Shown: piece by piece, positions 1 to 9,291 of the stretch
Layout of the letters: the number at the start of each line of letters is the position of its first letter
How positions within the stretch are numbered: position 1 is the first letter of the stretch
IMG/VR virus record: IMGVR_UViG_3300037461_000344
Coordinates: 1 to 45,116 of that record
Source: a virus
Taxonomy: Duplodnaviria > Caudoviricetes
Length of the DNA: 45,116 nt
Strand: one strand, 5' to 3'
The notes under the pieces: model-generated
The model's database searches: none
What the model saw: the letters and a program-made list of their open reading frames with translations, nothing else
Told to the model about the DNA's origin: nothing
Position numbers and translations under genes: made by a program

Positions 1-127
1 GGCTCGCCGCCAAAGAAAGCGGTAAGCCTGGATTGCACTGACTCTGCTGATTGCAGTTGGTCGTTTGGCATCAGTTACTTGTTCCGTAAGCGCTCAACAT
101 CACCGTCGTCAACCCAGCGTTGCAACT
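1..127. repeat. Terminal direct repeat, identical to 44990-45116 (circular-assembly overlap)
   Basis: Bases 1-127 match 44990-45116 exactly; 127 is a common assembler k-mer size; the scaffold gene and the 78-aa gene run across the junction. Confidence 0.95.
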
Positions 128-311
128 GGCGTCGAACCGAACGAAGCGCTTGTAGTGAAAGGGCAATCTCGTGATGGGCGTCACGATCACCGATCTGTGA
201 AACTTCGATGGTCGCCAGTAATTGCTGCCGCACAGCCTCGAATGCTTTCTGGATCGTAGGATCGTCCAGCACCCGCTTTGCCTGCTCGGCCCTTGCAATT
301 ACGTCGCTCAT
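75..311 (-). CDS. Small head-assembly region protein upstream of scaffold
   Basis: 78 aa; start overlaps the upstream stop; position between portal region and scaffold is typical of P22/SU10-like podophages. Confidence 0.75.
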   Translation of the reverse strand: MSDVIARAEQAKRVLDDPTIQKAFEAVRQQLLATIEVSQIGDRDAHHEIALSLQALRSVRRQLQRWVDDGDVERLRNK

Positions 312-1480
312 AAGGTAAGCAATAGTGCTACCAGTTCATCTTCCTCGTCAAGTTCCTGTCGCTGGCGTAGCAAAATGGCCATTTCGTACTTCTCGGCGAC
401 GGCGCGGTATGCGTCGGTAATTGCTTCAAGGCGGGCTTGAACGTCGGCAATCCAGTTGCCGTCGATTCTGCCATCGTTGGCAGGCCGAACCTCGATAACT
501 GGCTCGGTTAGCTTGAGCGGAGCAGTGTTGAGGCGGGCTTTGCGAGCCTTGCGCTCACGCTTGCGCAGGATCTCGGCGGCCTCGGATTCGGCAACCTGAC
601 GCGCCGCTTCGGATGCAGCCTCGACAAGTTGCTCGGCCTCATACTCCGATGAGACGACGAATTCCTTGCCGTCAATGGTGACAACAATCGGCTTGCGACG
701 GCGTTTGGATGCCTTGCGGGCCTTGCCGCCGCCACGTTGAACCTGAGTTTCCTGTTCTCCACCGGTGATTGTTGGACCGAAGAACACCTGTTCGTTGATG
801 AACAGGTCGGGCAGGATCGTTAGCGTGCCGCCGGTGATGGTTGGGCTATAGAAGGTCTGCCCGTTGGTGAACAGCGACGGCGCAATGGTGTAAGTGGCGC
901 TTACCGTTACATCGTAGAAGGTGCTTGTGTTGCTGAACAGGTCCGGCGTCAGTGTGTAGGTGGCGCTGACTGTCGGGCTGAAAAACTCCTGAGTGTTGGT
1001 ATATAGGGAAGGCTGAAGTGTGACGGCTCCGCCGGTGACTGTCGGCGAGTAGAACGTCTGCGTATTGATGAACAGGTCTGGCGTCAGAGATTGGGCGCCG
1101 CCGGACTGGGATACTGTTGCGGAGTAAAAAGTCTGTTCGTTGGTGAACAGGCTCGGCGTCAGCGAATAGGTCGCTGATACGGTGGCCGAGTAGAACGATT
1201 GGGAGTTGGTGAACAGCGATGGGGTCAGCGTGTAAGACGCTGAAACCGTGGCCGCGTAGAACGTGCTGCTATTGGTGAATAGCGCCGGTGTCAGTGCATA
1301 AGTTGCGCTGACTGTGGCGGCATAGAAGGTCTGGGAATTGGTAAAGAGCGACGGAGTAAGAGTTTGCGAACCTCCGCCGCTGCTTGTTGATACGAACAGC
1401 CCGCCTCCGGACAGCAACAAGCCTTCGCCGCTGCCGGAGTCCTGAACTAGGCCGACGCCGGGAATCAGGCGGTCGGTCAT
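308..1480 (-). CDS. Ser/Thr-rich repeat protein, putative virion fibre or decoration, with basic and coiled-coil C-terminus
   Basis: Nine ~22-aa repeats of LTPSLFTNxQTFYSxTVS, then RGGGKARKASKRRRK and a C-terminal DEEDELVALLLTL. Confidence 0.7.
   Translation of the reverse strand: MTDRLIPGVGLVQDSGSGEGLLLSGGGLFVSTSSGGGSQTLTPSLFTNSQTFYAATVSATYALTPALFTNSSTFYAATVSASYTLTPSLFTNSQSFYSATVSATYSLTPSLFTNEQTFYSATVSQSGGAQSLTPDLFINTQTFYSPTVTGGAVTLQPSLYTNTQEFFSPTVSATYTLTPDLFSNTSTFYDVTVSATYTIAPSLFTNGQTFYSPTITGGTLTILPDLFINEQVFFGPTITGGEQETQVQRGGGKARKASKRRRKPIVVTIDGKEFVVSSEYEAEQLVEAASEAARQVAESEAAEILRKRERKARKARLNTAPLKLTEPVIEVRPANDGRIDGNWIADVQARLEAITDAYRAVAEKYEMAILLRQRQELDEEDELVALLLTL
764..1366 (-). repeat. Nine degenerate intragenic repeats of about 66 nt
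   Basis: Visible in the translation and as recurring ttggtgaacag and gtagaa segments. Confidence 0.85.
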
Positions 1481-1481
1481 G

Positions 1482-2831
1482 TCAGCTCACCGTGACTTTC
1501 GGATCGACGTAAAAGTAACGGCTCGACGCCACGTTGGCCACGGCGCAAGCCACGCGGGCGCGGAACTGCCCGGTTTCGTTGACCGTGGCCGTGACGCTGA
1601 GTTTCTGCTTGTAGGTGAAACTCGGCCCGGTGCCGTTCCACGTCGAACTGGTGTCGTCCGTCTGCGCGGCCGCGGTGGTCGTGATGTAGGTGCTCGTGGC
1701 CGGGTTGTGGCGCCAGTCCGAGGCAAGGTTTGACTGTGCCTCGTCCACCGTGCCCAGATACTCGACCTCCAGCCACACTTCGGCGTCAGTGAAGTCAGCC
1801 GTATCGTTGGTGATGTACAGGTCGAATGTCTTGGAGCCGGTGCTGCTGACCTCGCCGTAGATCCACGGCGTGTAGAACGGCTTTCCTTCGACTGGGATCG
1901 TTGCCGGCGTGGTCACGAGCCACGAGCAGGATGACCCTTCGACACTGGCCCCACCGGTTCTGTAGATTGCCGAAGAAGATGCCACGTCCCCCATCGGATT
2001 GCGGTACAGCAGATACGTCGGATCGTCTGCCGGGCCGCAGTTGACGAACCAGATTTCGCCCATCGCTGTCGGGCGCCCGGTGGTCATCGGCGTCCACGTT
2101 GAAGCAGTGATGCAATTTGAAAAGTAGAAATTGCCCGCTACGTCTCCCGTGACAATTTCGCAAGCCGTTGCATTCGTGAAAGTCGAGAAGTCACAACCCG
2201 ACGCCCGAAATGTGTTCAGGCCGCCAGAGGCCGAGACAACCACGCCGGTTCGGTTCGTTCCGTTCGTGAACGTTACTTTTTGCAGCGTCGCTTCGCCGTA
2301 CGAAAAGCCACTGAACACCTGCGCGGCCGTTGCGCCACTGTCTGCCGCCATGCTGACAGTCGTGTTTTGCATCAAGGTGCGCGAGCTACTGTTGCTGCCC
2401 ATCTCGATCTGCCGGCCATTACCCGGCTTCAGTGTGCAGTCGTGTACCGCAATAAGCTCGTCAGCATCGTTGTTGAGCGAGATATACCCGCCGGCCGCGA
2501 CGCACATCCCGTAGAACGCGAACGACCCGTCGAAAATCAGGTTGTAAGTGCTTTCCGTCGTGTCGATCTGGTTGGTGCTGCTGGCTTGGTACGCGGCCGG
2601 CGAACTGCCTTGCGTGGCGCTGATAAACAGCACCGGAGCGCCGGAGGTCGGGCCAGTCACCGTCAGGTTGGCGGTATTGGTTGCCTGACACACGCTGTTG
2701 TGACCGAAGTAGATGATGTCGCCGCTGGCGAACGTGTACTCGGCATCGAGCGCATTGATGCTCGTGTCGGCCGTGGCCCACGAGTTCTCGGTGGTGCCAT
2801 CGCCGCCGTCATCGACGTAGTAGGTGGCCAT
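1482..2831 (-). CDS. Putative beta-helix spike or structural protein
   Basis: 449 aa; N-terminal YYVDDGGDG..SW..A motif typical of pectin-lyase-like beta-helix proteins; G/S/T/N rich. Confidence 0.6.
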   Translation of the reverse strand: MATYYVDDGGDGTTENSWATADTSINALDAEYTFASGDIIYFGHNSVCQATNTANLTVTGPTSGAPVLFISATQGSSPAAYQASSTNQIDTTESTYNLIFDGSFAFYGMCVAAGGYISLNNDADELIAVHDCTLKPGNGRQIEMGSNSSSRTLMQNTTVSMAADSGATAAQVFSGFSYGEATLQKVTFTNGTNRTGVVVSASGGLNTFRASGCDFSTFTNATACEIVTGDVAGNFYFSNCITASTWTPMTTGRPTAMGEIWFVNCGPADDPTYLLYRNPMGDVASSSAIYRTGGASVEGSSCSWLVTTPATIPVEGKPFYTPWIYGEVSSTGSKTFDLYITNDTADFTDAEVWLEVEYLGTVDEAQSNLASDWRHNPATSTYITTTAAAQTDDTSSTWNGTGPSFTYKQKLSVTATVNETGQFRARVACAVANVASSRYFYVDPKVTVS

Positions 2832-2834
2832 CGG

Positions 2835-3056
2835 CTAGCCCGCCAGAATCGCCGCCGCTTCCGCTTCGGCCAGTTGCTCGGCCACCTTGGCGGCCACCAT
2901 CGCCAACTGCGCCGACGGCGTGTAGTTCGGGTCCGATGTGATGACCGGGCCGTAGGGGTGCCATACGCCGCTGTCGTCCCGGCAGCGGAAGTAAACGAGC
3001 CGCTGGCCGCTGGCCGCGCCATGCACGGACTCAACTTCGGTGGCGACGATAGCCAT
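2835..3056 (-). CDS. Hypothetical protein
   Basis: 73 aa, tightly packed between neighbours. Confidence 0.7.
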   Translation of the reverse strand: MAIVATEVESVHGAASGQRLVYFRCRDDSGVWHPYGPVITSDPNYTPSAQLAMVAAKVAEQLAEAEAAAILAG

Positions 3057-3343
3057 CAGAGTTCACCCTCGGCGAGCATGGCAAGGTAGCGATCCTTGAT
3101 CGGCACGAAACGCGTGGTCACGAGGTTGTTCCATTGAGTTGTGTTGAGCGACTTGCCGAACGCCGCGTTGTAGGAAAGGCGCACATCGTTGCTGGTAAGG
3201 TCGCCATCCTGAATGCGCTGCCAGATCCACCAAACCATGCGGTGATAGGTATATTTGTCACCAGCCGCGTAGGCGGCCTGCAACTTGCGCCAGAAACGGG
3301 CGGCAAACTGCGCGGGCGTCTGCGCTTTCAAAACAAGAGCCAT
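3056..3343 (-). CDS. Hypothetical protein
   Basis: 95 aa; stop overlaps the next start. Confidence 0.7.
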   Translation of the reverse strand: MALVLKAQTPAQFAARFWRKLQAAYAAGDKYTYHRMVWWIWQRIQDGDLTSNDVRLSYNAAFGKSLNTTQWNNLVTTRFVPIKDRYLAMLAEGEL

Positions 3344-3368
3344 ACGACCCCGCTATGCAAATTTTCGC

Positions 3369-3698
3369 TCATTTAAAACTACGCAAGTCAATTGGCCGCC
3401 CTTCGTGGAGATAGGCGTGCCAGGTTGCAAACAGCCCTTTTTTTGGGCGAAGCGGCTCGAAGTGCCATAGCGGGCCGGAAGGTCCGTCAGGCTCCCACGA
3501 GAGCCGAAGAACTCTTGCACGTGGAGACATTTCGATAATCAATCTCCCCTTCCAGCCCGAGAGTGCAAACTTCTTGAGCGCCCACGACCAGCAATTCTGC
3601 GTAGACGGTGCTTCATGTGCCGGATCGATGGTGGTATCGCCAAGGCCACGAATACAGGTGTCCCAAACACCCATAAGGAGGCGACCCAGAAGCGCCAC
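3369..3698 (-). CDS. Hypothetical protein
   Basis: 109 aa in operon orientation; start uncertain. Confidence 0.55.
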   Translation of the reverse strand: MALLGRLLMGVWDTCIRGLGDTTIDPAHEAPSTQNCWSWALKKFALSGWKGRLIIEMSPRARVLRLSWEPDGPSGPLWHFEPLRPKKGLFATWHAYLHEGRPIDLRSFK

Positions 3699-3702
3699 AC
3701 GA

Positions 3703-3891
3703 TTACGGCTTGCCCTTGCCGGAGGTCACGGACTTGCTGGCCTCGTTCCAGCGCAGGAACATGGAGAGCACTTCACCTTCCATGTACTCATATACATCGC
3801 GAGGAACATTGCTGTAGGTAACGGCTCCGAATCTCGCAAACTCTGATCCGTCGTCGTTGGTGACAATAACCGGGCCGACTTCAACTTTCAT
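3703..3891 (-). CDS. Hypothetical protein
   Basis: 62 aa with GGAG SD. Confidence 0.65.
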   Translation of the reverse strand: MKVEVGPVIVTNDDGSEFARFGAVTYSNVPRDVYEYMEGEVLSMFLRWNEASKSVTSGKGKP

Positions 3892-4102
3892 TTCTGCTCT
3901 CCAGGTAGTTGATGCGATTAGCCATCCACAGAAGGTATGGCTGCATTGCTTTGACCTCGCGCAGCAGTTGGTTGCGCTCGGCAGACAGGTTCATTATCAG
4001 CGTTACCTGAGATCGAACCTCGGACTCAAGCCTCTCGGAACGACGTCGCTCGTCGGCAAGTTTCTTCCATAGAGCGCGCTCGGCCTGAGAGTCTTGAGTC
4101 AC
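3881..4102 (-). CDS. Hypothetical coiled-coil protein
   Basis: 73 aa with heptad-like pattern, packed in the operon. Confidence 0.6.
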   Translation of the reverse strand: MTQDSQAERALWKKLADERRRSERLESEVRSQVTLIMNLSAERNQLLREVKAMQPYLLWMANRINYLESRNES

Positions 4103-4108
4103 TGCTTT

Positions 4109-4609
4109 CTAGACTCCACTAAGCGGAGATCCGCCTTGAGCCTCCTGCGGGCTGGTGGCAGGATAGTCGGTCGGTTGCGTTTCCTTGATGTAGGCAATGA
4201 AGTTGCGCATCGATGAAACGTAGCCGCGGTTGCGGCTCATGTCATGAGTAATCAAGCCGACAGGCTGGCGGGCCGACTGGCAGTTGACTACTTCAATGCG
4301 CCAGCGGTGCAGGAACGACAACGTGCGGTTGAAATATTCATTTTCTACTTCCTCGAACTTCTCGGGGACTTCGAGGATCTCCATGATCCCCTTGGTTTCC
4401 GGGAGGTCGACTTGAGGCTCCTGCTCGATGAAGTTCAATTCGCGCTCGTACGAATCGACATACTTAACGAGGCGGGCGAGGTCGAACTGATTGACGTAAT
4501 CGAGTTGGGCCGATGCGGCTTTGTAGACCTCGCCGATAATGCGATTGAGGCGGCGCCACAGTGATGCAACATCGATATTGTTGACTTGGAAAGTGGTGGG
4601 TTCAGCCAT
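4109..4609 (-). CDS. Hypothetical helical protein
   Basis: 166 aa with AGGAG SD. Confidence 0.75.
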   Translation of the reverse strand: MAEPTTFQVNNIDVASLWRRLNRIIGEVYKAASAQLDYVNQFDLARLVKYVDSYERELNFIEQEPQVDLPETKGIMEILEVPEKFEEVENEYFNRTLSFLHRWRIEVVNCQSARQPVGLITHDMSRNRGYVSSMRNFIAYIKETQPTDYPATSPQEAQGGSPLSGV

Positions 4610-4656
4610 ATGAGGCTCCTGCGAATGTGCCGGTCAATCGCGGCCGGCAGCGTGGG

Positions 4657-5058
4657 CTAGAGTTGGAAAATGCCCGAGGCGTTCCAGGTGATCGTGATGT
4701 CGCCGCCGTTCGGGGTGACTGGAAGGCCGGTGACTCCGGTATCGATGTAGGCGACGAGACGGGACGTAGCCACGTTACCAGTGTCGATGTAGATAACCAG
4801 AGCCTCGACGGAGTTTCCGGTGACGGCACTGAAGGTGACGTTGTCTCCGTCGAACAGTCCGTTGGTGACGGTGGTGTTGGCGATGGTGCCCGGGGTGCCG
4901 ACGACGCCGCTAAGGTCGTTGTAGAAGTCGTGGGCGGCGGAGTAGGTGTAGGTGCCGGTGTCGACAAGGGCAACCTTCACGGTGCCGTCGTTCAGGTCGA
5001 TGTCGGTCAGGCCGTCGAGCAGCGCCTGCTTGTAGATCGGGTAGATTGCGTTCGCCAT
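4657..5058 (-). CDS. Conserved phage structural protein (MANAIYP...ITITWNASGIFQL type)
   Basis: Recognisable beta-rich family usually found next to tail or decoration genes. Confidence 0.7.
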   Translation of the reverse strand: MANAIYPIYKQALLDGLTDIDLNDGTVKVALVDTGTYTYSAAHDFYNDLSGVVGTPGTIANTTVTNGLFDGDNVTFSAVTGNSVEALVIYIDTGNVATSRLVAYIDTGVTGLPVTPNGGDITITWNASGIFQL

Positions 5059-5059
5059 T

Positions 5060-5116
5060 TCACTTGCCCCGCTTACCCGGTTTCATCGGTTTCTTGCCTT
5101 TCTTGCCGCAGCCCAT
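5060..5116 (-). CDS. Basic 18-aa micropeptide MGCGKKGKKPMKPGKRGK
   Basis: AAGGAG SD, ATG at 5116, TGA ending 1 nt before the next ATG; fills the gap after the portal gene; below the ORF-track cutoff. Confidence 0.65.
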   Translation of the reverse strand: MGCGKKGKKPMKPGKRGK

Positions 5117-5131
5117 TTTGATCTCCTTGGG

Positions 5132-7516
5132 TTACTGAATCGTGATTTCTTCGGTGCTGCCATCCGCGCGCTTGGCACGCGCCGCAATCATCCTGCCGGT
5201 CTTGGGATCGCGAATGCGCTCGATTCCGACAACCTTGCTGCCGCCGACCGACTGGATCACCTGCTGCATGGCGGATTGCAGTTCGTTGAACTGCTGAACC
5301 ATGTTCGATAAAGCGGCGTCCTTGTTGGAGGATTCGGCGCGCTCGGAGTCGGCCCGCTGGAACTCTGCGGCCTTGATCGCCTCGGTGCTGCCAATCCTGC
5401 GCATCTCTGTTTCGGCCGACCCGGCAATCTTCATCTGCTCGATCTGGAACTGGACCTGAGCCTCAAACTCGGTTTTCCACTTGTCGAAGGCGAATTGCTG
5501 CTGGGCCTGCCACTGCTTGAATTGCATATCCGTCTGAACCTGTTGCTGATCAGCGGCTAGTTTGGCTTGGGTCTGCTGGGCTTCGCCTTGCTGCTTCATC
5601 TGTTCGATGAGCAGCGGAAGCGGGGGCTGCGGTGGCTGGGGCGGTAGAGTCGATGGGTCGGTAACGAACTTGTCAGGATTCGACAGCGATGCGGCCTTGG
5701 CAATCTCGATCAGTGTGGCGTAGAGGTTCTGGGGCTGGACGATACCGACAGGCGCAGCGGCCATCTGCATCTGGAACATGCCCGTTAGCTGCGCAAGCAT
5801 CGAATCTTTGTTGCCGGTGCCGAGGCCGACGCTGATCTTGACATCCGATCGCTTGCGCCACTGCGTAGGATCAATCGTTACCCACTTGTTGCGCAGCTTG
5901 ATCACTTCCTCGGCGTGGCCGTGCTGGAGGATCAGGCGGTGAACGATCAGAAATAGGCGCTCGACTCCTGTGGCAAACAGCCGCGCAATCATCTCAACGC
6001 GCTGGGCGGCAGAGTTCGTAAGCTGCGAGATCCCAGATGCAGTCTTGTTCAGCGCATTGGAGTCGGTACCCTGGAAGTAGGCATTGATCCCGGTGCGATT
6101 CTGTCTGCGGGAGTCGAAAAAGCCGATGGCGCCAACGGCGTCGGGGAAGGTGTTGGGCACCGTTACCGGCATGAACTCCTGTGGGGGCTGACCGTCGACT
6201 CGGATGACTCCGCCAACTCGTACGTCGAGCAGATCGGCCATATTGACCCGATCGGACACTGCAATCCTCGGGGTGTTGCTCAAGTTGATATTGTTGATCG
6301 CCGCCCGGGTGAGGTTGGTGTTGATGTCCTCGATGTCGGCAACGGTATCGGCAAGCGACATGCCGATGTGCCTATGAGCCAACGGAATCGGGCTGATGGA
6401 GGCAACCGGGATTTCCTCGCTCTCGCGGCGCGATAGCACCGTATCGCCAACGAGGATCACATACTGCAGTTCGTCGATTCCGTCACCGTCGTAGTCGTGC
6501 CTGATCCAGATGTAGCGGACCCGGACGCTGCGCATCGACGGGTCGGCAAACTGCGGATCGCGCGTGGCGTCCGACTCGTTATAGAGATCGCGGGCGCGCT
6601 CTACTTCGTTGTCGTAGCGGTCGAAGCGGTCGCTGCGGGCATCGGAAATCGTGTCGTCGACCGTGAAGCCCTGCCGCCTCAGTGCTCCTATCGTGGAGAA
6701 GTCGTAATACTCGAAGTAGTTGGCCGACGCGAGCGTGCAATCGGAGGCGTTGATGTCGACAAGGCAGCGCTCAGGGGCCAGAACGCGCAGGCACACCGAC
6801 CCGCGCTTGCGGGTGCGCTTCAGTTCGCAATCGTGCAGGAAGGCAGGCTGAGGTTGAGGCGGCGGCGGAGGGATTTGCGGAGGCTGGCCGGACTGCATGG
6901 CCTGCACCTGGGCCGCTTGAGCCTGCTGCTGATACTGAACAATGGCCTGCTGATAAGCGGCTGCATTGCGCTGATCCGCATCAACATTGGGCCTTTGCGA
7001 ATGCGCAACGATATCAATTTCAGAATCCCGAGCCAGCAGCGCAAACGCATCGTCAGTCAGGTTCTCGTAGAACTCGGACTCGACAACGGCCGACTCGTCC
7101 CAGTAGGCGTGCGTATAGCCGTTCTTGAGCAGCAGCGCATCGCTGAACCAGTCGTTGCATAGCTGGTGCCAGTTGTTGCGCTGCGTCAGGACGTAGTTGA
7201 CGTAATCGGACTCTTGAGCGGAGAGTTCCTCGTCCTCGGGGCCTTGAGGGTCGAACCGGCAAACCTCGCTACCGGATGTGAAGATCCGCAGGAGCGATGG
7301 CTTGGTCCACTCGACGACTTCAAAGGTCGTTCGATCCCGAACCTGCGATGTTCCGACTGGCGCCGGATCGATATTGCGGCCTAGGTAGCGCTCGATGGCA
7401 AGCGCGCGGTCGCGCGACAGGTCGCCATCGTTGTCGGAGCCGTAGGCTTGCTCGGAGAACGAATCGATTGCGCTAAGGAGCGCGCTTTGGCGGTCTGCCT
7501 CGCTTTCTCTTGCCAA
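5132..7516 (-). CDS. Portal protein (P22/SU10-like podophage type with Gln-rich C-terminal coiled coil)
   Basis: About 794 aa after terL; DALLLKNG, TASGISQL and VKISVGLG segments typical of this family; likely TTG start at 7516 after GGGGAG (the ORF extends to 7570). Confidence 0.88.
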   Translation of the reverse strand: MARESEADRQSALLSAIDSFSEQAYGSDNDGDLSRDRALAIERYLGRNIDPAPVGTSQVRDRTTFEVVEWTKPSLLRIFTSGSEVCRFDPQGPEDEELSAQESDYVNYVLTQRNNWHQLCNDWFSDALLLKNGYTHAYWDESAVVESEFYENLTDDAFALLARDSEIDIVAHSQRPNVDADQRNAAAYQQAIVQYQQQAQAAQVQAMQSGQPPQIPPPPPQPQPAFLHDCELKRTRKRGSVCLRVLAPERCLVDINASDCTLASANYFEYYDFSTIGALRRQGFTVDDTISDARSDRFDRYDNEVERARDLYNESDATRDPQFADPSMRSVRVRYIWIRHDYDGDGIDELQYVILVGDTVLSRRESEEIPVASISPIPLAHRHIGMSLADTVADIEDINTNLTRAAINNINLSNTPRIAVSDRVNMADLLDVRVGGVIRVDGQPPQEFMPVTVPNTFPDAVGAIGFFDSRRQNRTGINAYFQGTDSNALNKTASGISQLTNSAAQRVEMIARLFATGVERLFLIVHRLILQHGHAEEVIKLRNKWVTIDPTQWRKRSDVKISVGLGTGNKDSMLAQLTGMFQMQMAAAPVGIVQPQNLYATLIEIAKAASLSNPDKFVTDPSTLPPQPPQPPLPLLIEQMKQQGEAQQTQAKLAADQQQVQTDMQFKQWQAQQQFAFDKWKTEFEAQVQFQIEQMKIAGSAETEMRRIGSTEAIKAAEFQRADSERAESSNKDAALSNMVQQFNELQSAMQQVIQSVGGSKVVGIERIRDPKTGRMIAARAKRADGSTEEITIQ

Positions 7517-7700
7517 CTTCCGGCTCCCCGCTGGCCACAGGCTGACCCAGCCGCTGCTGGATAGCGCCAACTTGGGATTGAATTGTACCGATAGTTGTGG
7601 CTAGTTGGTCAAGAGTGGCGAATTTGGCGTCGAACCGCTCCTGGAGGCGGATAAGTTCGAGGTGAATGCGCTTGAAGTCGCTGCTGTGGTTGGCTGGCAT
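7473..7700 (-). CDS. Small coiled-coil protein with C-terminal AT-hook-like motif
   Basis: Ends KRKRGRPPK; lies between terL and portal. Confidence 0.65.
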   Translation of the reverse strand: MPANHSSDFKRIHLELIRLQERFDAKFATLDQLATTIGTIQSQVGAIQQRLGQPVASGEPEVGKRKRGRPPKRAP

Positions 7701-9118
7701 TATGGAATGGCGAGGCTAGGATAACGGATAGGTTCCTTGCGGGTGGCCGAGCGGGTAAATTCGAGTCCCCTGCCGATCAGCGAGGCAGCATCCACGGCGT
7801 CGTCCACGCGGCCGGCCGGAAACTGCAACCACTGAGCCATCACGTCGGCCATCCACGGCTTGTTCTTGGGCACCTTGACCTTGCCCATCGAGGCCATCGC
7901 CTGGAACGGGCGGGCGCGGGTGGCCTTATCGTTGATCGACGGCAGCCATTCGAGGTTGCAATAGGCTCGGCGAGCATCCATCCGCTTGCGAAGGAACGGT
8001 TCGACGGATCGGCGGATTGGCCCAGCTTCGCCGAACCAAACCATCGGTCGGTGATCGACAATCAGCGAGCACATGTGCTCTATCCAGATGTCGGGAGAGG
8101 TTTGTCCGCGCCACCAGTCCAGTAGCCACAAGTCGCCACCGAAGTCCACGCCCCAGATTGCATGCTCTGTGTAGTCGCCACCTCGATCAGTCACCGCGAA
8201 GTCGGACGAGCCGTACTTGTGAAGCGTGGACGGCAATGAGGAGTCGTCGTACTCGACAAACCACTCCTTCTTGAAGAAGTTGCCTTCCTCCGGCACAGGA
8301 TTCTGCTGATAGAGCGCATTCCACGAGCGCACATCGCGGCGCGCGTCCTCTACCATCTCGTCGGTGAACCAGTCGGGCCATAGGCGCTCGCCCGGCTTGC
8401 GGCCGATAGGATCATCGGGGCCTGCGATCATCGGAAGCGAGATCACCTTCCACTTAGAGGCTTCGCGCGCGAGGATTCGGCCAGCAAGATCATCTTCATG
8501 CCACCTAGTCATGATCAGGACCTGGCGGGCGCCGGGCTTCAGCCTGGTGAGGAAGTCGTTGAGGTACCACTGCCATACTGTCTCGCGAGAGCGTTCAGAA
8601 TCCGCATCCTCTCGACCTTTAACGGGGTCATCGATGATGCCGAGATCAGCACGCCGTCCAGTGACAGATCCTCCGACTCCGACTGCGAAGTATTCTGCTC
8701 CGGTAGTTGTTTCCCACTTTCCGGCTGCTTGGCTATCTTCGCTGATCGAGAACTCGAATACATTCTTGAACTCCTTCGACGCTACGATGTTACGGGCCTT
8801 GCGCCCGAACCGCTCTGCAAGATCCAGAGTGTGCGACGCCCCGATCAGCGATGCGTGTTTGTTGCGCCCGATGAACCAAGGTGGGAACTCAACCGAGGTA
8901 TAGGTGCTCTTGGCGCTGCCGGGCGGCAATTGAAGCATCAGCCGAGTGGTGTCTCCTCGCTCGATAGCTTCCAGTTCGCGGATGATCAACTCATGATGCA
9001 AGGCTGGAGATAGTCCGGCATCCCGGTAGCGGACCCACGCGGCGAACGAGTTGCGGGCCTCGATGCGGGCCAGGAGGTCGTCCTCGTAAGCGCGAAGTTG
9101 GGCTGGCGTGAGTTTCAA
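7700..9118 (-). CDS. terL: Terminase large subunit
   Basis: LPPGSAKS Walker A variant, GIIDDP Walker B, MTRWHEDDL, nuclease DFA..DY and DDAVDA. Confidence 0.95.
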   Translation of the reverse strand: MKLTPAQLRAYEDDLLARIEARNSFAAWVRYRDAGLSPALHHELIIRELEAIERGDTTRLMLQLPPGSAKSTYTSVEFPPWFIGRNKHASLIGASHTLDLAERFGRKARNIVASKEFKNVFEFSISEDSQAAGKWETTTGAEYFAVGVGGSVTGRRADLGIIDDPVKGREDADSERSRETVWQWYLNDFLTRLKPGARQVLIMTRWHEDDLAGRILAREASKWKVISLPMIAGPDDPIGRKPGERLWPDWFTDEMVEDARRDVRSWNALYQQNPVPEEGNFFKKEWFVEYDDSSLPSTLHKYGSSDFAVTDRGGDYTEHAIWGVDFGGDLWLLDWWRGQTSPDIWIEHMCSLIVDHRPMVWFGEAGPIRRSVEPFLRKRMDARRAYCNLEWLPSINDKATRARPFQAMASMGKVKVPKNKPWMADVMAQWLQFPAGRVDDAVDAASLIGRGLEFTRSATRKEPIRYPSLAIP

Positions 9119-9291
9119 TCTGAGGCCTCGTCAGCATAACGATCAACATCCTCGCTCAGCAGACGGGCGGCCGCAAGCACGGCCTCGTCCAGCCCGCCAG
9201 CGATGAACTTCGATGCGCTCATGGTCTTAGCATACGGCACCCCGCCGAGAGTGACGATGAGCTGGATGGTATCTCCTGGGGAAAGTTTCAT
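9115..9291 (-). CDS. Small hypothetical protein (MKLSPGDTIQL...), paralog of the upstream gene
   Basis: ATGA overlap with the upstream stop; GAGG SD. Confidence 0.65.
   Translation of the reverse strand: MKLSPGDTIQLIVTLGGVPYAKTMSASKFIAGGLDEAVLAAARLLSEDVDRYADEASD

Noticed and set aside
2280-3089. Long antisense or shadow ORFs (for example 2280-3089, 6497-7162, 34832-35527)
   Set aside because: They lie opposite well-supported genes, are Arg/Ala rich and are expected in GC-rich DNA
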